This document shows positions 40,325 through 51,377 of a stretch of DNA of 64,000 nucleotides, one piece after another. Position 1 is the stretch's first letter, and each line of letters begins with the position of its first letter. Made by a program: the position numbers and the translations under genes. The notes beneath the pieces are model-generated. The model was given only the letters and a program-made list of their open reading frames with translations. It had not been told where the DNA came from and searched no databases. Source of the stretch: Promethearchaeota archaeon (GTDB lineage Archaea > Asgardarchaeota > Lokiarchaeia > Sigyniarchaeales > SOKP01); contig JAHLWS010000067.1 of the NCBI GenBank assembly GCA_019057795.1, forward strand, positions 1 through 64,000, given 5' to 3'.

Positions 40325-41851
40325 TTAATGGTCGTGATTATGACCGTGGTGCTCCATTTTTATGTTAACTGGTTTTAGAGAGCCGATAGCCCAGCCAGTG
40401 ACTTCGTTTAATGAAGGATGAATAACCATGGATCTGTAAATAGGCATAAAAGATCCTCCTTCTGGACACGCGCGAGATAATTTAGGGATATCTTCCTCCC
40501 CAGAAGATTCTGGTAAGACACATGTAAACCCAGAGTTCATTAAATAGACGAAAGGTTGCACCAAGATCGCTGCGTGTGGTCCAACAACATGAGCGCCTAA
40601 AATTCTATAGGATTTGTCGACAACTAATTTGACGAATCCATCGTCGTCATCGTTATTACTGAAGCCCATAGCGTAACCCTTTGCTACCGTGGAATATTGT
40701 TTTATAGCAACGTAAATTTCATAACCTTTCTCAATAGCTTCTTTTTCCGTCATCCCTACGTGACCAATTTGAGGATAAGTAAAAATTGCCCAGGGGACTG
40801 CCGAATAATCTACAGATTTTCTATGTTCTTTTGGAGAAAAAATATTATTATTACATATCTCTGCTTCGTAATTCGCTTTATGTCTAAACTGATAACGCCC
40901 ATTAGCATCACCAATACACCAAATATTCTTTTTATTCGTTTCTAAATATTGATTGGTTGTTATCCATCCGCGTTTATCAGTCTGAACGCCAGTTTTTTCG
41001 ACATTCAGGATGTCTGCGTTTGAGCGTCTCCCCGTAGCTATGAAAATTTCCTCGCCTTTAACTTCTTTCGTCTCACCTGTTTTAGCATTTTCTAGAACAA
41101 CAACTTTTAAATTACCATCTTTTCTGACTTTAACTGCCTTGTGATTTACTAAAACGGTCATATGTTTTCCAAAGCTCATTTCGAGAAGCGCACTAATTTC
41201 TGGTTCTTCGGTTGCTACTAATCGTGGTAGCATTTCTACTATAGTAACATCAGTCCCCATAGCTGAGAAAATATGGGCGAATTCAGCAGCAATTACACCC
41301 CCTCCGATAATTATGAGACTGTTCCAAGGCTTTGCTGGGAATTTTTCGCCAAAAAAGCTTCTATTGGTTACATATCCTATTTCTTCTAAATCATCTATTG
41401 GAGGGATAAAAGACCGACTACCGGAAGCGATAACGAATCTTTCTCCTTTAAATTTTCCAAAGCTCTCCTTTCCATCAATCGATTTTACTTCCATTTTGTA
41501 ATCTCCAAAAAATTCGCCAACTCCACGATACAACTTAAGATTTGGAACATGTGACAATCCTTGCTCCATTTCCTTACTCTCGTCGATTTGCGTCCACATT
41601 CTTTTAGCTATTAAATCCCAATCTATTCTTTCTACTCTAAATTCTACCCCAACTTTGCTAGCATGTTGGGCTTCACGAATTAAATCAGCTGGATGGACTA
41701 AAACCTTTGAGGGAATACAACCGCGCGTTAAACAAGTACCACCTAGTTTGGTATCTTCTATTAAAGCACATTTTAGCCCCATTTGCAGACCCGTGTTTAA
41801 GACGTTTAAACCGGCTCCTGACCCAATAACAACTAAATCATAATTCTCCAT
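40325..41851 (-). CDS. Dihydrolipoamide dehydrogenase/mycothione-reductase-like flavoprotein disulfide reductase
   Basis: GSGAG, GGTCLTRGCIPSK, GGGVIAAE, GDANG, IHPSLNE. Confidence 0.9.
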   Translation of the reverse strand: MENYDLVVIGSGAGLNVLNTGLQMGLKCALIEDTKLGGTCLTRGCIPSKVLVHPADLIREAQHASKVGVEFRVERIDWDLIAKRMWTQIDESKEMEQGLSHVPNLKLYRGVGEFFGDYKMEVKSIDGKESFGKFKGERFVIASGSRSFIPPIDDLEEIGYVTNRSFFGEKFPAKPWNSLIIIGGGVIAAEFAHIFSAMGTDVTIVEMLPRLVATEEPEISALLEMSFGKHMTVLVNHKAVKVRKDGNLKVVVLENAKTGETKEVKGEEIFIATGRRSNADILNVEKTGVQTDKRGWITTNQYLETNKKNIWCIGDANGRYQFRHKANYEAEICNNNIFSPKEHRKSVDYSAVPWAIFTYPQIGHVGMTEKEAIEKGYEIYVAIKQYSTVAKGYAMGFSNNDDDDGFVKLVVDKSYRILGAHVVGPHAAILVQPFVYLMNSGFTCVLPESSGEEDIPKLSRACPEGGSFMPIYRSMVIHPSLNEVTGWAIGSLKPVNIKMEHHGHNHDH

Positions 41852-41983
41852 AAATTCAATTTTACCTATATCACTTTTAAAGTTTTTACTAATTTTTTAT
41901 TGATTACTCGAAAAATGAGACTTATTAGGACATCTTACTCCTATTTGAATAATTTTAAAATGGTAATAAAAGAAGATTATAAT

Positions 41984-43174
41984 TTACCTTCGCATTTTAA
42001 TAAAACCGCCAGATTTCATTAACGCGCAAGGTTTAAGGTATTTTTTACCGCTTATTTTTACAAACTCTTCTAACATTTTAGACCATTTTTCGTAATTTCT
42101 TTTTCCAGGACCAAAAGGTCCGGGGATGCTCGTTCCAGTCAACATTACATCATCAATAATTTTGTATCCAGACACAATACTCTCTTCTAAAAGCTTGCAA
42201 CCTTCATTTAACATTATGGCCATTGACATTTCAGGACTATAGATGCCGGCTTTTCTATTTAAATTTATTTTTGGTTTCCCACTCGTCCAATTGTAAAAAC
42301 CTCTTCCTGTTTTTCTTCCCAAATTTCCCTCCATTACGAGATTTGTTAGAACTTTACCAGGGCTAAAATCGGGAGAAAAAATTTTTTCATAACTTTTCAA
42401 GACATTATAAGTAGTATCTACGCCAAGATAGTCGGTTAACTCACATGGCCCCATTGGAACTAATTTTCTTGCCTCAGCATCGGCATCAATTTGTTCCCAT
42501 GGAATACCTTTCTCGAAAGCTTGATCAAGCACCCAATTAAAATAAATAATTGGTGGAGTGAGTAATCTATTTGCAATAAATCCGGGGCTCTCTTTCTGAA
42601 TTCGAACGGAAAGCCGTTTCCCTTTGAGACAAGGTAGCATTTTACCAATTAGTACTCCAATATCCAAAGCTTCTTCAGTTGTTTTTTCGCCTCTCATCAC
42701 TTCAACGCAGCATTGAAGGATAACCGGGAGGAAAAAATGCATTCCAATAACTTTTTCTGGTCTATTTGAATCTTCGGCGATCTCTGTTATTCTAAATGTA
42801 GAAGTATTTGAGGCCAAAATACAGTGAGGAGGCGAGTTTTCCATAATAATTTTACAAACATTTTTTTTAATTTCTATTTTTTCAACGACCGCTTCAAATA
42901 CGAAATCAACCCCTTTAACCGCAGATGTTAAATCTATTGATTTCTTGCATCTTGCCATGATATTCGAAACGGATGCTCCTTCTACTAATTTGCCTTTTGC
43001 TTCAACTTTTTTTAAACCTTCTTCAATTTTAGCTAAGCCATTGTTAACAATATCGTCTTTAATATCAACTAAAGTTACATTATATCCAGCCATTAAAGCA
43101 ACTTGGGCAATGCCATAACCCATAACACCCGCTCCAACAACAGCAATGTTTTTTATATTACTTATATCCACCAT
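41984..43174 (-). CDS. 3-hydroxyacyl-CoA dehydrogenase
   Basis: GAGVMGYGIA, EAVVE...K, SNTST, GMHFF, PGFIANR, GRKTGRGFY. Confidence 0.92.
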   Translation of the reverse strand: MVDISNIKNIAVVGAGVMGYGIAQVALMAGYNVTLVDIKDDIVNNGLAKIEEGLKKVEAKGKLVEGASVSNIMARCKKSIDLTSAVKGVDFVFEAVVEKIEIKKNVCKIIMENSPPHCILASNTSTFRITEIAEDSNRPEKVIGMHFFLPVILQCCVEVMRGEKTTEEALDIGVLIGKMLPCLKGKRLSVRIQKESPGFIANRLLTPPIIYFNWVLDQAFEKGIPWEQIDADAEARKLVPMGPCELTDYLGVDTTYNVLKSYEKIFSPDFSPGKVLTNLVMEGNLGRKTGRGFYNWTSGKPKINLNRKAGIYSPEMSMAIMLNEGCKLLEESIVSGYKIIDDVMLTGTSIPGPFGPGKRNYEKWSKMLEEFVKISGKKYLKPCALMKSGGFIKMRR

Positions 43175-43434
43175 TTTTTTTGCTAACTCCTAAAAATGAG
43201 ATGTCTATTTTAAATATACTCATTAATATTAAACATTTATGTTAACGAACTAAATCTGGGAAAGTTCTCTTTGAAAAATAGATTAATGTTTATTTCCTCT
43301 TTTTTTTGAGAGAAAGTACACATATCTCAACATTAGTATTACCATTATGTCTTATAGAAAAATGCTGTTATATAATGATGAAAATTAAAAAAAAGAATGA
43401 ATAAGAGAAAAAAATAAGAGAAAATTATTAAATT

Positions 43435-44364
43435 TTATCTTCCAATAATATCCATTAGTTTAGGGAATATTCGAGGGTAATGTACAGCCATACAATGGAT
43501 TCCGTCAATAAGGCTTTTCTTTCTAAGCTCACCAATGAATGGTTTGAAAAGTTCATAATTATATTGGTCGTACAACTCCTTTTGCTGTTTTTTGTCAGTG
43601 ATGTCCTTCTTTACGCTCTTCCACTTAGCCAGGATCTCCTTAGGGACGCTAACACCTGGAACAAAAGTGTCGAAACCTTTAGCAATTCCATATGACTTCA
43701 TTGGAAAGATTCCGAGCAGGATAGGTACTTTATACTTCCTGATTCCTGTTAGAAATTCTATCGTACGATCAAGATCGTATACTACTTGAGTTTGTATAAA
43801 TTCACAACCTGCTTCTGCTTTTCTACCAATCTTCAAGACTTCTGGCTCCATTGGATCAGAATTAGGGTTTGCTGCACCCCCCACGTGTAGTTTTGGAGGA
43901 TCTTCAATCTCGTAGCCGTTGATAGAACCTTTATCAACCATTTCTCGCACAAGTTTAATTAAAGTTGCTGAATCAAGATCGAAAACGGGTTTAGATTCGG
44001 GCATGTCACCCATTGCCGTGTGATCTCCAGTGAGAGAGAGTATATTGTGAATCCCTAGAGCTTGCGCACCCATGATCATGCCGGCAATACCTAGTTTATT
44101 AACGTCTCTCACGGTCATCTGCCAGACGCATTCCAAGCCAGTAGCTTTTTGAATTAAATGCGTGGCTGCCATAGAATTTATTGTTACTATACCCAAAGGA
44201 CTATCTGTTACATTTGCGGCAATAACATACGGAGCCATCTGTTTCGCTTCTTCGATCGTATGGGAAAGATCACAGGTTTTTTCTGGTTCAAGTTCGCCAG
44301 TTAATATAAACTCGCCCTTTGCAAGGGCTTCCCCTAATTTTGAATATGATTTTGCTTCTGTCAT
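43435..44364 (-). CDS. metF: Methylenetetrahydrofolate reductase, copy 1
   Basis: TGELEP, NVTD, RDVN, LTGDH, VFDLDS, FIQTQ. Start set at MTEAK (GGAGG RBS). Confidence 0.9.
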   Translation of the reverse strand: MTEAKSYSKLGEALAKGEFILTGELEPEKTCDLSHTIEEAKQMAPYVIAANVTDSPLGIVTINSMAATHLIQKATGLECVWQMTVRDVNKLGIAGMIMGAQALGIHNILSLTGDHTAMGDMPESKPVFDLDSATLIKLVREMVDKGSINGYEIEDPPKLHVGGAANPNSDPMEPEVLKIGRKAEAGCEFIQTQVVYDLDRTIEFLTGIRKYKVPILLGIFPMKSYGIAKGFDTFVPGVSVPKEILAKWKSVKKDITDKKQQKELYDQYNYELFKPFIGELRKKSLIDGIHCMAVHYPRIFPKLMDIIGR

Positions 44365-44372
44365 TTTCACAT

Positions 44373-45038
44373 CTACCTCCATACTACTTCTCGTTGATGA
44401 CCAGATTCGCTCCAATCTACTGGGTCTCTCAATTTAGAGAATTTGTCTAATTGTCCTAACTCTTTTAAACGGTTGTAAATTAATACCCAACCACAATCTT
44501 TCTCGTAATTGCCAACTTCACATTTACCATCAACCATTCCTCCACATGGACCGTTCATGAGTGCCTTTGCGCAAGTGGTTATAGGACATATCCCTCCAGT
44601 TTCGTTCAACATACAATCACCGCACCCCCGACAGCGCATAAAGAAACGACCGATACGCTCCGTCATTCCCATGAACTCAGTATTATTAGAGATAAAGACA
44701 GGGATGTGAGGATACTTGTCGTGTAAGACTTTATTAATGCTTGCAACTCCTAAACCACAACTTAACGTCAAAATTGCGTCGATTTCGCCTAATTCTGCGT
44801 CGATTTTTCTCAATTCTTTCTTCATTACTCTATTATCGCAGGTTTCTTCAGGAACTATTATTGTTTTGATTTGAAAACCTTCTTTTTCCAATTTTTCTGC
44901 CATTTCTTGGGCTCCTTCTTCACCACCGGTCTGACACATTGCGGCACATGAACCACAAGAAACGATCCCTATTTTCTGAACACCTTTTAAAGCGATAAGA
45001 ACTTCTTCAAATGGTTTTTTAGTAGTAATTATTGTAAT
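44373..45038 (-). CDS. metV: MetV (MTHFR C-terminal Fe-S/Zn subunit), copy 1, ATT start
   Basis: Frame extends upstream of the ORF-track Met: ITIITTKKPFEEV...SCGSCAAMCQTGG. Also CRGCGDC..TGGICP...C.K...NGPCGG. Confidence 0.88.
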   Translation of the reverse strand: MTIITTKKPFEEVLIALKGVQKIGIVSCGSCAAMCQTGGEEGAQEMAEKLEKEGFQIKTIIVPEETCDNRVMKKELRKIDAELGEIDAILTLSCGLGVASINKVLHDKYPHIPVFISNNTEFMGMTERIGRFFMRCRGCGDCMLNETGGICPITTCAKALMNGPCGGMVDGKCEVGNYEKDCGWVLIYNRLKELGQLDKFSKLRDPVDWSESGHQREVVWR

Positions 45039-45128
45039 TTATTATCCACCTTTTTTGCTTTTATAAAATTTAATACTTGTGATAAATAAATTAATGAAAT
45101 TATTAAAATTTAATTTTTTTAGATCAAA

Positions 45129-45209
45129 GGTAAACATTTACCATGACTAAATTTATTGTCATAATGATAATTATTATATTTTTAATGACGATTTTCTAAA
45201 TAATCGTCA
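45129..45209. promoter_or_regulatory. Cluster of palindromes upstream of metV1
   Basis: GGTAAA-CA-TTTACC (45129-45142), ATGAC-N10-GTCAT (45143-45162), TGACGATT-N8-AATCGTCA (45186-45209). Confidence 0.45.
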
Positions 45210-45383
45210 AAAATATCAACATAATGATCAGATTTAAAAATTACTAATATTAAAATGGATGAATTTAAGAAAATAGACATTTGTAATGAAACAATGTAAA
45301 GTGTTATTAAAAAAATTTTGAAAGATAAAATAAGTAAAAAAAAAATTTTCTATTGTTAATTTAAACCCAAATAAAAAAGTCCG

Positions 45384-46874
45384 TTAACCCATCATGGATG
45401 GTAATATTTTTGCTAACGGAACCGCTAAACCACCAAGTAAAGAACCGATAGAGGTCAGTTTTTTCAAATAGGTTTTCATATCTTTAGTAACTTTTATTGT
45501 CCTTGTTTTTCCTTCGATAATCGTGCCGTCAGAAGACATTAAGAATATTTGAATCGTTTGTTCTCCCGTTTGTCTTGGCTCTAAAGTTAACCAAGTTGAG
45601 TCTCCGTTTTCTATCATGTTTGATAATACCCCTACGATATCAGTACCTTCAGAAGAGATTAAAGGAATGGGTTTCTCTGGGATTAAAAAGCTCCCTCTTC
45701 CTTCAACCTTGATAGCTAAATTTAATTCGCTAGGTTCAAAACCTGGAGCGACTACTTTTATACTGTATTTTTTATCTTCTGGGGTATTGTTATAGAGAAA
45801 GATCATAATATTTAGTTCCGCATTCAAAAATACCACTTCTTGGGCTGAGGAATCCATATATATCGGATCCTTTGAAATGCGTTCTATATTATCGGCTAGT
45901 TCTAATTGAAGTCTATCGACGATTTTGAAGAAGCCAGGGTTGAATTTTTTGATGTAAGCAAATATTTTAAAGACATCGGCAGTAGAAAAATACCACGATG
46001 AATTCTCAATTAGTAGTCCCTTTTCAACATCAAAATCTTGTGAGTCAATGTTAACAATTTCTGCCAGTTCTCGTGTAAATTGTTCATCCGTTAAAACGCC
46101 TTGATATTTTAAATAATACAAAAACAAAAGAGATTCAATTGCAAAGGTTATTGGTAGCTCATCTTCTTCTTGCTCTTTGATTTTTTGTATAAAGGAGGGT
46201 GTCAAAATTTTGTTAATTCCTGCTAAATATTCGTCCCATTTGAGGAATGTAACAGGATCTAAATGATCGGAAAATACTTCCCCAAAGAAGTTGTCCAAAA
46301 ATATCTGATGCGTGGTAGGCTTGTAAAAGTCTTGTAGGCCGTTTACATCGTGGATATTAAGGTTTAAACTACGAATAATAATTGCTAAGCCTAACCCAAT
46401 TAGTGCAAGTCCTGCTGCTGCGAATCCTAAGTTCATATCTCCAAGTAATAACATTATCAAGAACAAAATAAGTGCTATAAAACATATTAAGGCAATAATC
46501 TTTAGCAAGTTAACAACGCTCTTTACGCTACTAAATAGTAAGTCAAACCCATCTAATGAATCAATTGGTCTCCCTCTCTTTCTTTCAACCTCTAATCGTA
46601 ATTTTAGAGAAGAACTCGTACTACTCGCTCCGAGAAACAACATTATTGAATTGAAGGCATATATTCCTAAGATTACGAAGAATACGATTTTTAACGTGAA
46701 GTCCAATACTGAAATAAAAGCTAGAATGGTAACTATTAATAGAAGAATAGGAAGTACGAATAATAGAATTTTACCAACTCTGGAGACATATTTAACCATT
46801 TTGCCTTGAAACCGTTCCTTTTTAATAATTTTTGACAAGTCTTTTTCTAATTCTCTTTCCATTTTATAATTCAT
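45384..46874 (-). CDS. Hypothetical membrane protein (4 N-terminal TM, soluble domain, C-terminal beta-rich domain)
   Basis: Long ORF with hydrophobic N-terminal helices. Confidence 0.8.
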   Translation of the reverse strand: MNYKMERELEKDLSKIIKKERFQGKMVKYVSRVGKILLFVLPILLLIVTILAFISVLDFTLKIVFFVILGIYAFNSIMLFLGASSTSSSLKLRLEVERKRGRPIDSLDGFDLLFSSVKSVVNLLKIIALICFIALILFLIMLLLGDMNLGFAAAGLALIGLGLAIIIRSLNLNIHDVNGLQDFYKPTTHQIFLDNFFGEVFSDHLDPVTFLKWDEYLAGINKILTPSFIQKIKEQEEDELPITFAIESLLFLYYLKYQGVLTDEQFTRELAEIVNIDSQDFDVEKGLLIENSSWYFSTADVFKIFAYIKKFNPGFFKIVDRLQLELADNIERISKDPIYMDSSAQEVVFLNAELNIMIFLYNNTPEDKKYSIKVVAPGFEPSELNLAIKVEGRGSFLIPEKPIPLISSEGTDIVGVLSNMIENGDSTWLTLEPRQTGEQTIQIFLMSSDGTIIEGKTRTIKVTKDMKTYLKKLTSIGSLLGGLAVPLAKILPSMMG

Positions 46875-47110
46875 CTGTTCAGGTTTTGTAAAATATATAT
46901 ATTTAAAATAATAGAAATTGTGATTTAAAATTTTAATGAAAATATTTCGTTTGATTTCTTACAATATTATTTATTAAGGTATTGATCAAAAAAGTAAAAA
47001 AAGAAAAAGTCTCAATATAAAATCTATATTTACAATTATACTAGAATTATTTAGTATTTGTTTCTGTATCAACTTTATAGGAATTATCTATCAAAAACAA
47101 CAGCTAATTA

Positions 47111-48598
47111 CTATGCGCTCTTAATTTGTTTTTTTGCCTTTTTATTTCTTGAAATATTTCGTCTATGTCTATAGCGGAATATAACTACGACTGAAATAGT
47201 CCCTATTATAAGTACTATTACAATGATAACTACTAATTCTATTGGAAATGGTAGAGTGGTAAGTCCATAAGCATAATATATGTCCATCTCAGCATTTCTT
47301 CCGTCCGACCAAACAACATGAGGTATATCATACTGATCGAGTTGAATACTCATGTATTCTCCAGGTCTCGTAAAGACGCTCGATGTGTCTTCATTCGCTA
47401 TAACTATTTCATCAGATAAAACAGGGTTGCTTTTCCCAGTCCCTGCAAAATTGATTGTTCGATAATATGGTCTGTAATTATCTCCTATTTCACTGTAATA
47501 GACAATATGGAGTCTTCCAGTTGGATCAATTACCATGTCAGGATTCCATTGGTTTCCCGCTGTTTGTGGGTTCACTCGTAATCGTTCGCTCCAAATCGAA
47601 CCATGATTATCAGAATATCGCAAGTATACATCAAAGGTGTCTGTAGCTTGATCATATTTGTCTGCCCATAAAATATAGAGACGATTGTCTTTATCAAATT
47701 TTATTACGGGTAAGGTAGCTTTACCAACTGAACCACCTGCTGGTTCGAAGGCTGAAAAGTTTCCGTCATTGTTAATTATCTGTGGAATATCAAATGTGAT
47801 TCCCTTATTTAGACTTTTAGATAAATATAGATTCCCGCCACCATCAGGTACCCAACTCCAAGCAACAAAAGGATCTCCAGAACCATTTAAGGTAATATAG
47901 GGTCCTACATAGAATTCATCTTCACCTATCACCGAAATTTCTTGATAGGAGTCGCCTCCATCAGTAGAGCGAGTCACACGAATAGTTGCATTTCCATTAG
48001 GGTCTTCTACATCGACATCATCATAAACGAGATATACAGTGTTATTTTCACCAACGACAATAGTTTCTTTATCAGCAAAATGAATACCATTTGAAGCTTG
48101 CACAGGAGTCCATGTTACTCCATAGTCGATGCTCTTTGCGATTGTAATTTGTGTCAGATAACCTCCACTAGGATCATTAAAGTAATCAGGTTCGAACTCA
48201 AGATAAGCATAATAAACAGTTCCATTGTACCAGTATAGCCAAGGATCAGATTGCCGTGTAAAGGAGTCACCAAACATTGGCATATCGTAAGGTTGAGTCC
48301 ATGATTTACCGAGATCGAGAGACCTTACAATGCTCACGCGTGCCCCACCTCCGTTATGAGTTTCGGAATTCTTCCAGCCGACGAAGATTGCTCCATTATC
48401 ACTTATTGCCATAGAAACTTCCACATGGTGGGCATAGTTGTTATCGTCTGTTGATAAAAGTTTATTACTTGAAAATCCTAAAATGACTTCATCTGTCTCT
48501 TGAGAATTAGCTAAAATAAAAGTAGAAGGAGGGAGTAAAAATGCTAAAAAGAGCATAATTGATGTCATGAAGAGATACGATTTTCTAATTCTATTCAT
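47111..48598 (-). CDS. Secreted, membrane-anchored BNR/Asp-box (sialidase-like) beta-propeller protein
   Basis: Signal peptide; Asp boxes SLDLGKSW, SIDYGVTW, STDGGDSY, SLNKGITF, SDNHGSIW; C-terminal TM and basic tail. Confidence 0.88.
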   Translation of the reverse strand: MNRIRKSYLFMTSIMLFLAFLLPPSTFILANSQETDEVILGFSSNKLLSTDDNNYAHHVEVSMAISDNGAIFVGWKNSETHNGGGARVSIVRSLDLGKSWTQPYDMPMFGDSFTRQSDPWLYWYNGTVYYAYLEFEPDYFNDPSGGYLTQITIAKSIDYGVTWTPVQASNGIHFADKETIVVGENNTVYLVYDDVDVEDPNGNATIRVTRSTDGGDSYQEISVIGEDEFYVGPYITLNGSGDPFVAWSWVPDGGGNLYLSKSLNKGITFDIPQIINNDGNFSAFEPAGGSVGKATLPVIKFDKDNRLYILWADKYDQATDTFDVYLRYSDNHGSIWSERLRVNPQTAGNQWNPDMVIDPTGRLHIVYYSEIGDNYRPYYRTINFAGTGKSNPVLSDEIVIANEDTSSVFTRPGEYMSIQLDQYDIPHVVWSDGRNAEMDIYYAYGLTTLPFPIELVVIIVIVLIIGTISVVVIFRYRHRRNISRNKKAKKQIKSA

Positions 48599-48845
48599 TT
48601 ACTGCCTCCAGTTTAAAATCATTTTGGTAAATTATATCTTCATAATTAATGTTTCATTTATACAAGTCAACTAATAAACATTGTTACCCAATTTGTTTTA
48701 ATCCACATAATATTTTCTTTTCGAATATTTTCTTGAAAATTGAAGTGATTTAAAACATTGAAATTAACAATACACAATAAGAATATCAATATTATTATTA
48801 TTATTAAAAAATAAATATTTATTCAAGAAATCCTTTAAATAACTC

Positions 48846-49964
48846 ATGTCGGAAATTGATTATTATGAAATAGTTAGACAAAAGCTGATTCTCGGACCAT
48901 TGTATGCGCCAAAGCATAAAAAAGTCTATGAATTGATGAAAATCTTATGGAGTAAAGAAGAAGTTAAGATTCTTTCCTATTTTGAAAATGCCGATAAATA
49001 TAATACTTTAAGGGAATTAGAAAAAAAATCAGGAATTCCAAAAAAAGAAATTAAATCCGTTTTGGAGCGATTATGCTCAAAAGGTACTATCGCTAAAAGG
49101 GTAACAAAATATAGTCTTATTCCACTTCTTCCCGGTATATTTGAAAGATATTTCATTTATCGCAATGATACTGAAGAAAATTTGAAAAAAGTAGCAGAGC
49201 TTTATCGATGGTTTTTTAAAAATTTTTTACCTCCATTTTTAGTAGAGAGTAAATTAAAACTTTTTCGACCTCGATTACCTTTTGATGCTAAGGAAAAATT
49301 AATTGAAATTGATGAATCTCTTGATGTTGAATCTCAAATCCTTCCTTTAGAATTAGTATCTCAATTAATCGATAATTATGATATGTTTACATATATTCCA
49401 TGTCAATGTCGTTTAATAGCAGAATACACAGGAGAACCATGTGAGGTAGCTCCAGCAGAAATGGGGTGCTTTTTAGCGGGAGAAGGGGCGAGATCTGCAA
49501 TAGAAGGAGGGTATCCGAATCTTAATAAAGAAGAAGCTATAGAATACTTAAGAAAAACTGAAAAAGCGGGATTAATCCATAGTTGTGTAGCAGATAGCAG
49601 TATTGAATCTACTTTATTCATATGTAATTGTTGTAGTTGCCATTGTGGGGCGTTAGTAGCAGCAAAAGAACATAAATACTACGCAACATTAGCATCTAAT
49701 TACATACCGAAAATAAACAATGAACTCTGTACTAAATGTGAAATTTGTCTAAATAAATGCCCAATGGGCGTTATTTATCATAAACTTCCTAATGAACCAG
49801 ATTCTTCTGATGAACGTATGTTTATAAATGAAGAATATTGCTTAGGATGTGGAGTTTGTGCGACTAATTGTCCAAACAATGCTATTAAACTAGTAAAAGT
49901 CAGAGATAATATTCCTACAGAAAAATATAAAATTGGTACAAAAACATTTACAGAACTAGTGTAA
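48846..49964 (+). CDS. 4Fe-4S dicluster protein, paralog of 4626-5735
   Basis: CQCR, ICNCCSCHC, CTKCEICLNKCP, CLGCGVCATNCP. Confidence 0.9.
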   Translation: MSEIDYYEIVRQKLILGPLYAPKHKKVYELMKILWSKEEVKILSYFENADKYNTLRELEKKSGIPKKEIKSVLERLCSKGTIAKRVTKYSLIPLLPGIFERYFIYRNDTEENLKKVAELYRWFFKNFLPPFLVESKLKLFRPRLPFDAKEKLIEIDESLDVESQILPLELVSQLIDNYDMFTYIPCQCRLIAEYTGEPCEVAPAEMGCFLAGEGARSAIEGGYPNLNKEEAIEYLRKTEKAGLIHSCVADSSIESTLFICNCCSCHCGALVAAKEHKYYATLASNYIPKINNELCTKCEICLNKCPMGVIYHKLPNEPDSSDERMFINEEYCLGCGVCATNCPNNAIKLVKVRDNIPTEKYKIGTKTFTELV

Positions 49965-50526
49965 GTTAAAATACTGCATTTTTACTTTTTATATTTTTTA
50001 ATTCTTAAAAATTGAAACTTCTTAATTAATTAAAAAGAATTGAAGAGATTTAAGTATAAATTTAAAAGAATTAAAGGATTAAATCACTTTCTTTGATATA
50101 AACTAATCTTATAAGTTAATTTGATCAAAAAAGAAAAATTAAAAAAAAGAATTAGTAAATAAGCTATAAAAAAACTTTAAGTTGTGAGTTTTTGATCATT
50201 TTTTACTAACATTTTTTGGTATTTTTATAACCTTTTCCTTACAATTATTTAACAATAGTGCGGAAAAAATCGTAAGAAATCTCGAAAATGTCAATTTTCA
50301 ATCGTTTTTAAATCCTCAAAGTTAATAAAAGGGATTTTTTTCCCCCAAAAAGTAAGGATTCCTTTTTCATTCGTTATATGTTCAAAAAAAGTCAGATTTT
50401 CAAGGATTCACCCGATCTCGTAAAATGGGTTAAGGAAAATTTCCCATTATATTTATATAGTAAATTATTCTTAAAGTAATTAATAATAAAAAAATAAAAA
50501 TAAAACAAACTCGGAGTGAAAAAAAT

Positions 50527-50865
50527 ATGGAAATAATAAACCTTCAAGAAAAAGTTTTAGACCTTTCTGACGAACAGCTAAAAAGTATTTATTTAGCAGC
50601 TAGTAGAATAAGTCAAGATAGTATTGAGGAATTAACTCCTGTCCTGTTAAGAGTATGCTTAAACTGCGAAACAGGAGTTTTAAAAGACGAGCTCGGGCGA
50701 GTTATCTTTCATTTACAGAAGACAGAGAGATTAGATACTCGAATTGGTCTTGAAAAGCTTTTACATGGAGCTTTAAAAGTGAACGCGAAGGAAGTATTTA
50801 AACTTCTTGAATCTGGTGCGCCAGATGCTAAAGATTTATCTGAAAAAATAAAATCAATTTTATAA
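50527..50865 (+). CDS. Hypothetical protein
   Basis: 112-aa ORF with GGAGTG RBS and poly-T tract downstream. Confidence 0.75.
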   Translation: MEIINLQEKVLDLSDEQLKSIYLAASRISQDSIEELTPVLLRVCLNCETGVLKDELGRVIFHLQKTERLDTRIGLEKLLHGALKVNAKEVFKLLESGAPDAKDLSEKIKSIL

Positions 50866-50906
50866 TGAAAAAACTTTTTTTTTACTAATCTTATTTTATT
50901 TTAATT

Positions 50907-51188
50907 ATGTCTAATAATGATAATCAATCTGATTTAGATAAAGCTTGGGAGCATTACGAGAAAATACGAGACGCTCTTATGGGTTTATACGAAATCTTGG
51001 ATTTGAATTTGGAAAAGGATAATATTTTTTACCAATGTGCGATCGACAACTTAGAAAATTTAAAAGACACAATTATCGATTTATTAAAAAAGGATTACAA
51101 TCCCTCCGAAATCACGCTAAAATTGAGAGATCTAGAATTTTCTATGAAAAAAGAGCTTTTTTTTGAAAAAAAAGAAAAACAAAAATAA
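50907..51188 (+). CDS. Hypothetical helical protein
   Basis: 93-aa ORF. Confidence 0.7.
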   Translation: MSNNDNQSDLDKAWEHYEKIRDALMGLYEILDLNLEKDNIFYQCAIDNLENLKDTIIDLLKKDYNPSEITLKLRDLEFSMKKELFFEKKEKQK

Positions 51189-51377
51189 ATCGTTATAGAG
51201 AAAGAGTATTTTTATTTATCTCAGGTTTATTTTTGACAATTTTGTATTATATTTTAATAGTGCAATATATCAGATTCAATTTTATTTATAAAGGCGGTTG
51301 AGCTAGTTTATATTAATATTTTTAAAATTTTATTATATGAAAATTAAAAAATTAAATTTTAATGAAGTGAATATGAA

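Noticed and set aside
49965-50526. Possible ncRNA in the long intergenic region
   Set aside because: A few G/C runs, but no extended pairing or recognisable RNA family by eye.
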